Shown here: positions 61,968-64,000 of the stretch, piece after piece
How the letters are laid out: each line of letters opens with the position of its first letter
Numbering within the stretch: position 1 is the first letter of the stretch
NCBI RefSeq assembly: GCF_024521635.1
Contig: NW_026250403.1
Span: forward strand, 558,001-622,000
Reading direction: 5' to 3'
Length of the DNA stretch: 64,000 bases
Source of the DNA: Tricharina praecox
Lineage: Eukaryota
Translations under genes and position numbers: made by a program
The notes under the pieces: generated by a model
Database searches by the model: none
The model's input: only the letters and a program-made list of their open reading frames with translations
What the model was told of the DNA's origin: nothing

Positions 61968-62069
61968 TAGCAGCACTCTCAGTCCCTGACATTGTCGCTG
62001 TAGCAGCACTCCCAGTCCCTGGCATCGTCTCTGTAGCAGCACTCCAGTCCCTGACTCCCTGGCATTGTC
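61968..62069. repeat. 33-bp tandem repeat x3 (TAGCAGCACTCYCAGTCCCTGRCATYGTCKCTG)
   Basis: Units start at 61968, 62001 and 62034; adjacent, with no spacers. Confidence 0.9.
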
Positions 62070-64000
62070 AGACTGTTCAGGGATCGCAGCATTCTTTGTC
62101 TGAAGTCTGAAGCGTCATTATTTGTTCAATGTTTACACGATCTCTTTTTTTCCCATTAAAAGCAGTCTCTCTTCTCATCTAGGTATCTCATCCAACAAAA
62201 TCAAGTTAAGTCTTCTATCAAGTTTCAACAATTACCTGTAACTATTCCATTCTATTCTATGATATGCTATGTTGTCTTGCTACAATCAAGCCACGTGCCA
62301 CCACGATCTATGTATCATACATAGTAGATGTACCGCAAGCCACCAACGCCTACCTAACAGTTAACAAAAACAAAAAACACCCAGCATCACGCCACGACCG
62401 AATATCATCTACTCTACAGGACGGCGAAACAATTGTAACTATCATGCCGCCTCATCAAGACATCAGACATCAAACACCAGACCACCCCGCCCGCCCGCCA
62501 CTCCCATCATCCTGCATATGACCGTTCAGCTCCTTTACTCTATATATACTAGTAATATGTAGCGTCGGTGTCTCCAGAGTCCCGCATCGTGGCCCGCCAA
62601 CTAGGTAGTTAGTCCAGCAGTTAGGTATCTATATATGCATACCTTGGGTAGTAGTATGGGAAGCATGTAGTAGTCAGCCACCCCTCCGGAGTCCGGATCG
62701 AGACTCAACCAATTCAACCAACACCAATACCAACACCGACGCTGTGGACCTGGGGTGTGGGGGAAGTTGGAATTGCAAGTCTGTAAGTCTGCAACAGCGG
62801 GACATCAGCCCACTCCTCCAGGTCCAGCCTCCAGGTCAATCAAGAATCGAGAGACACATGCGTACTATACCTACCGTAGTATACGGGGTATAGTTACAGT
62901 AACGGTTGCTCGGAAGTCAGAAGTACTGTAGGCAGAGTATACGTAGTAACTATCAGCATCCGAAGTTCGAACCGCTGTTTGAATGTTGAACTTTGGCGGA
63001 GTGCAACTGTGCAAGCCTCGCCGTTTTTTGTTCTGCTCTGTTCAGTTCTGTTCAGTTATATTTGAGCATACTCACCTGGTATAATTAAGTAGTATCCGAA
63101 CCCAGTCTAGGTATAACCATGAGACTATGAGACTATGACAGCGTAGACCGGTAGAGTACTTCCGTTTCCGGTCCCAGTGCCCCCCTCACAACCACATAAA
63201 ACAACCCCACATCCCCACCAAGTCGAGTGATCCCCCATGCCCCGCCCCCCGCCCCCCCTCCTCCCCTCCTTGTCCCCCCTCCTTCCCGCCCCTCTCCCGC
63301 CCCATCTTTCGCTTAAGCAGAGTACTCTAACCCATAGCAGATACGATAGTGTCGGACGTACGGTATCGTACCAACCGCATCTCGGGAACGACAGTTACTC
63401 ACGCATGATATCTGCCCCCAAATATCTGCCCCCAAGGGCCAAAAGTGCACTTCACATTTTCACTTTATCCCGGATCGCCTTGCCTCCTGCCTCCTGCCTC
63501 CTGCCTCTTGGCTGTTGCCTCTTCCTCTCCGCTTTCGCTTTCGCTGGCTGGTTGGCTGGTTGGCTGGCTGGTGGGCGATCGGATCGAGCCCGGCGCCTGC
63601 ACGCCGACGGATTCGAGCGGCTGGATGCATACGAGAGAGACTGTGTGTGTGCACTGTGTGCGCGGATGGCATCATTATGCAGTACTATACGTGGAGAATC
63701 TAGCGGCATTTTTATGCGCCGTGGATTTTCGACTACGGCGGATGAATAAATTCGCGTGGCCCTGGGCGTGGAAGAGTGAAAGAGTGAAAATATGACAGGA
63801 TCGGGGGCGTGCATAATACTTGTTACTACCGAAGTTATGATCACAGTTACGGACGAAGAAACAACCCAAGCAAAAAAAGAAAAGAAGGAACAAAAAAGTA
63901 GCCATGAAACCCCCCGTCCTTCCGTTCCTAAACACCCAACGCTGCACTGGCCAGCTCGACGCCCTTGATTCTGGCCGCAATCTTTTGGAATGCAACTAGA

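Noticed and set aside
61968..62069. CRISPR-like array
   Set aside because: Repeats are contiguous with no unique spacers, and the context is eukaryotic.

Overview
Genomic DNA of a filamentous ascomycete (Pezizomycotina; short GT-AG introns with CTRAY branch points; class not determinable with certainty). I can support about 18 protein-coding genes, most spliced by hand: PTH11-like receptor, tocopherol-cyclase-like protein, Fe(II)/2OG dioxygenase, complex I 24-kDa subunit, Vps62-like, a Cys-rich single-pass membrane protein, MTFP1/MTP18, a 1093-aa uncharacterised protein, TVP18, AIM21, TRAPPC12-like, SCI1-like, M20 peptidase, SLD5, CDC123, OMS1-like methyltransferase, GDS1-like and a pipecolate/sarcosine-type FAD oxidase. 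The first ~13 kb looks accessory: it holds a probable non-autonomous Helitron, two long inverted-repeat relics and decayed ORFs. 41-50 kb is a compact housekeeping block. A 164-bp TA-flanked MITE lies at 35.5 kb. No tRNA, rRNA, CRISPR or intact transposase was recognised, and I cannot claim a clearly new multi-gene system. The best leads are a TGA-CTA readthrough context on SLD5, the intronless tocopherol-cyclase-like gene among TE relics, a ~1.2-kb ATG-free leader before GDS1, and an M20 peptidase ending in EEDEL. All family names come from motif recognition, not database searches.
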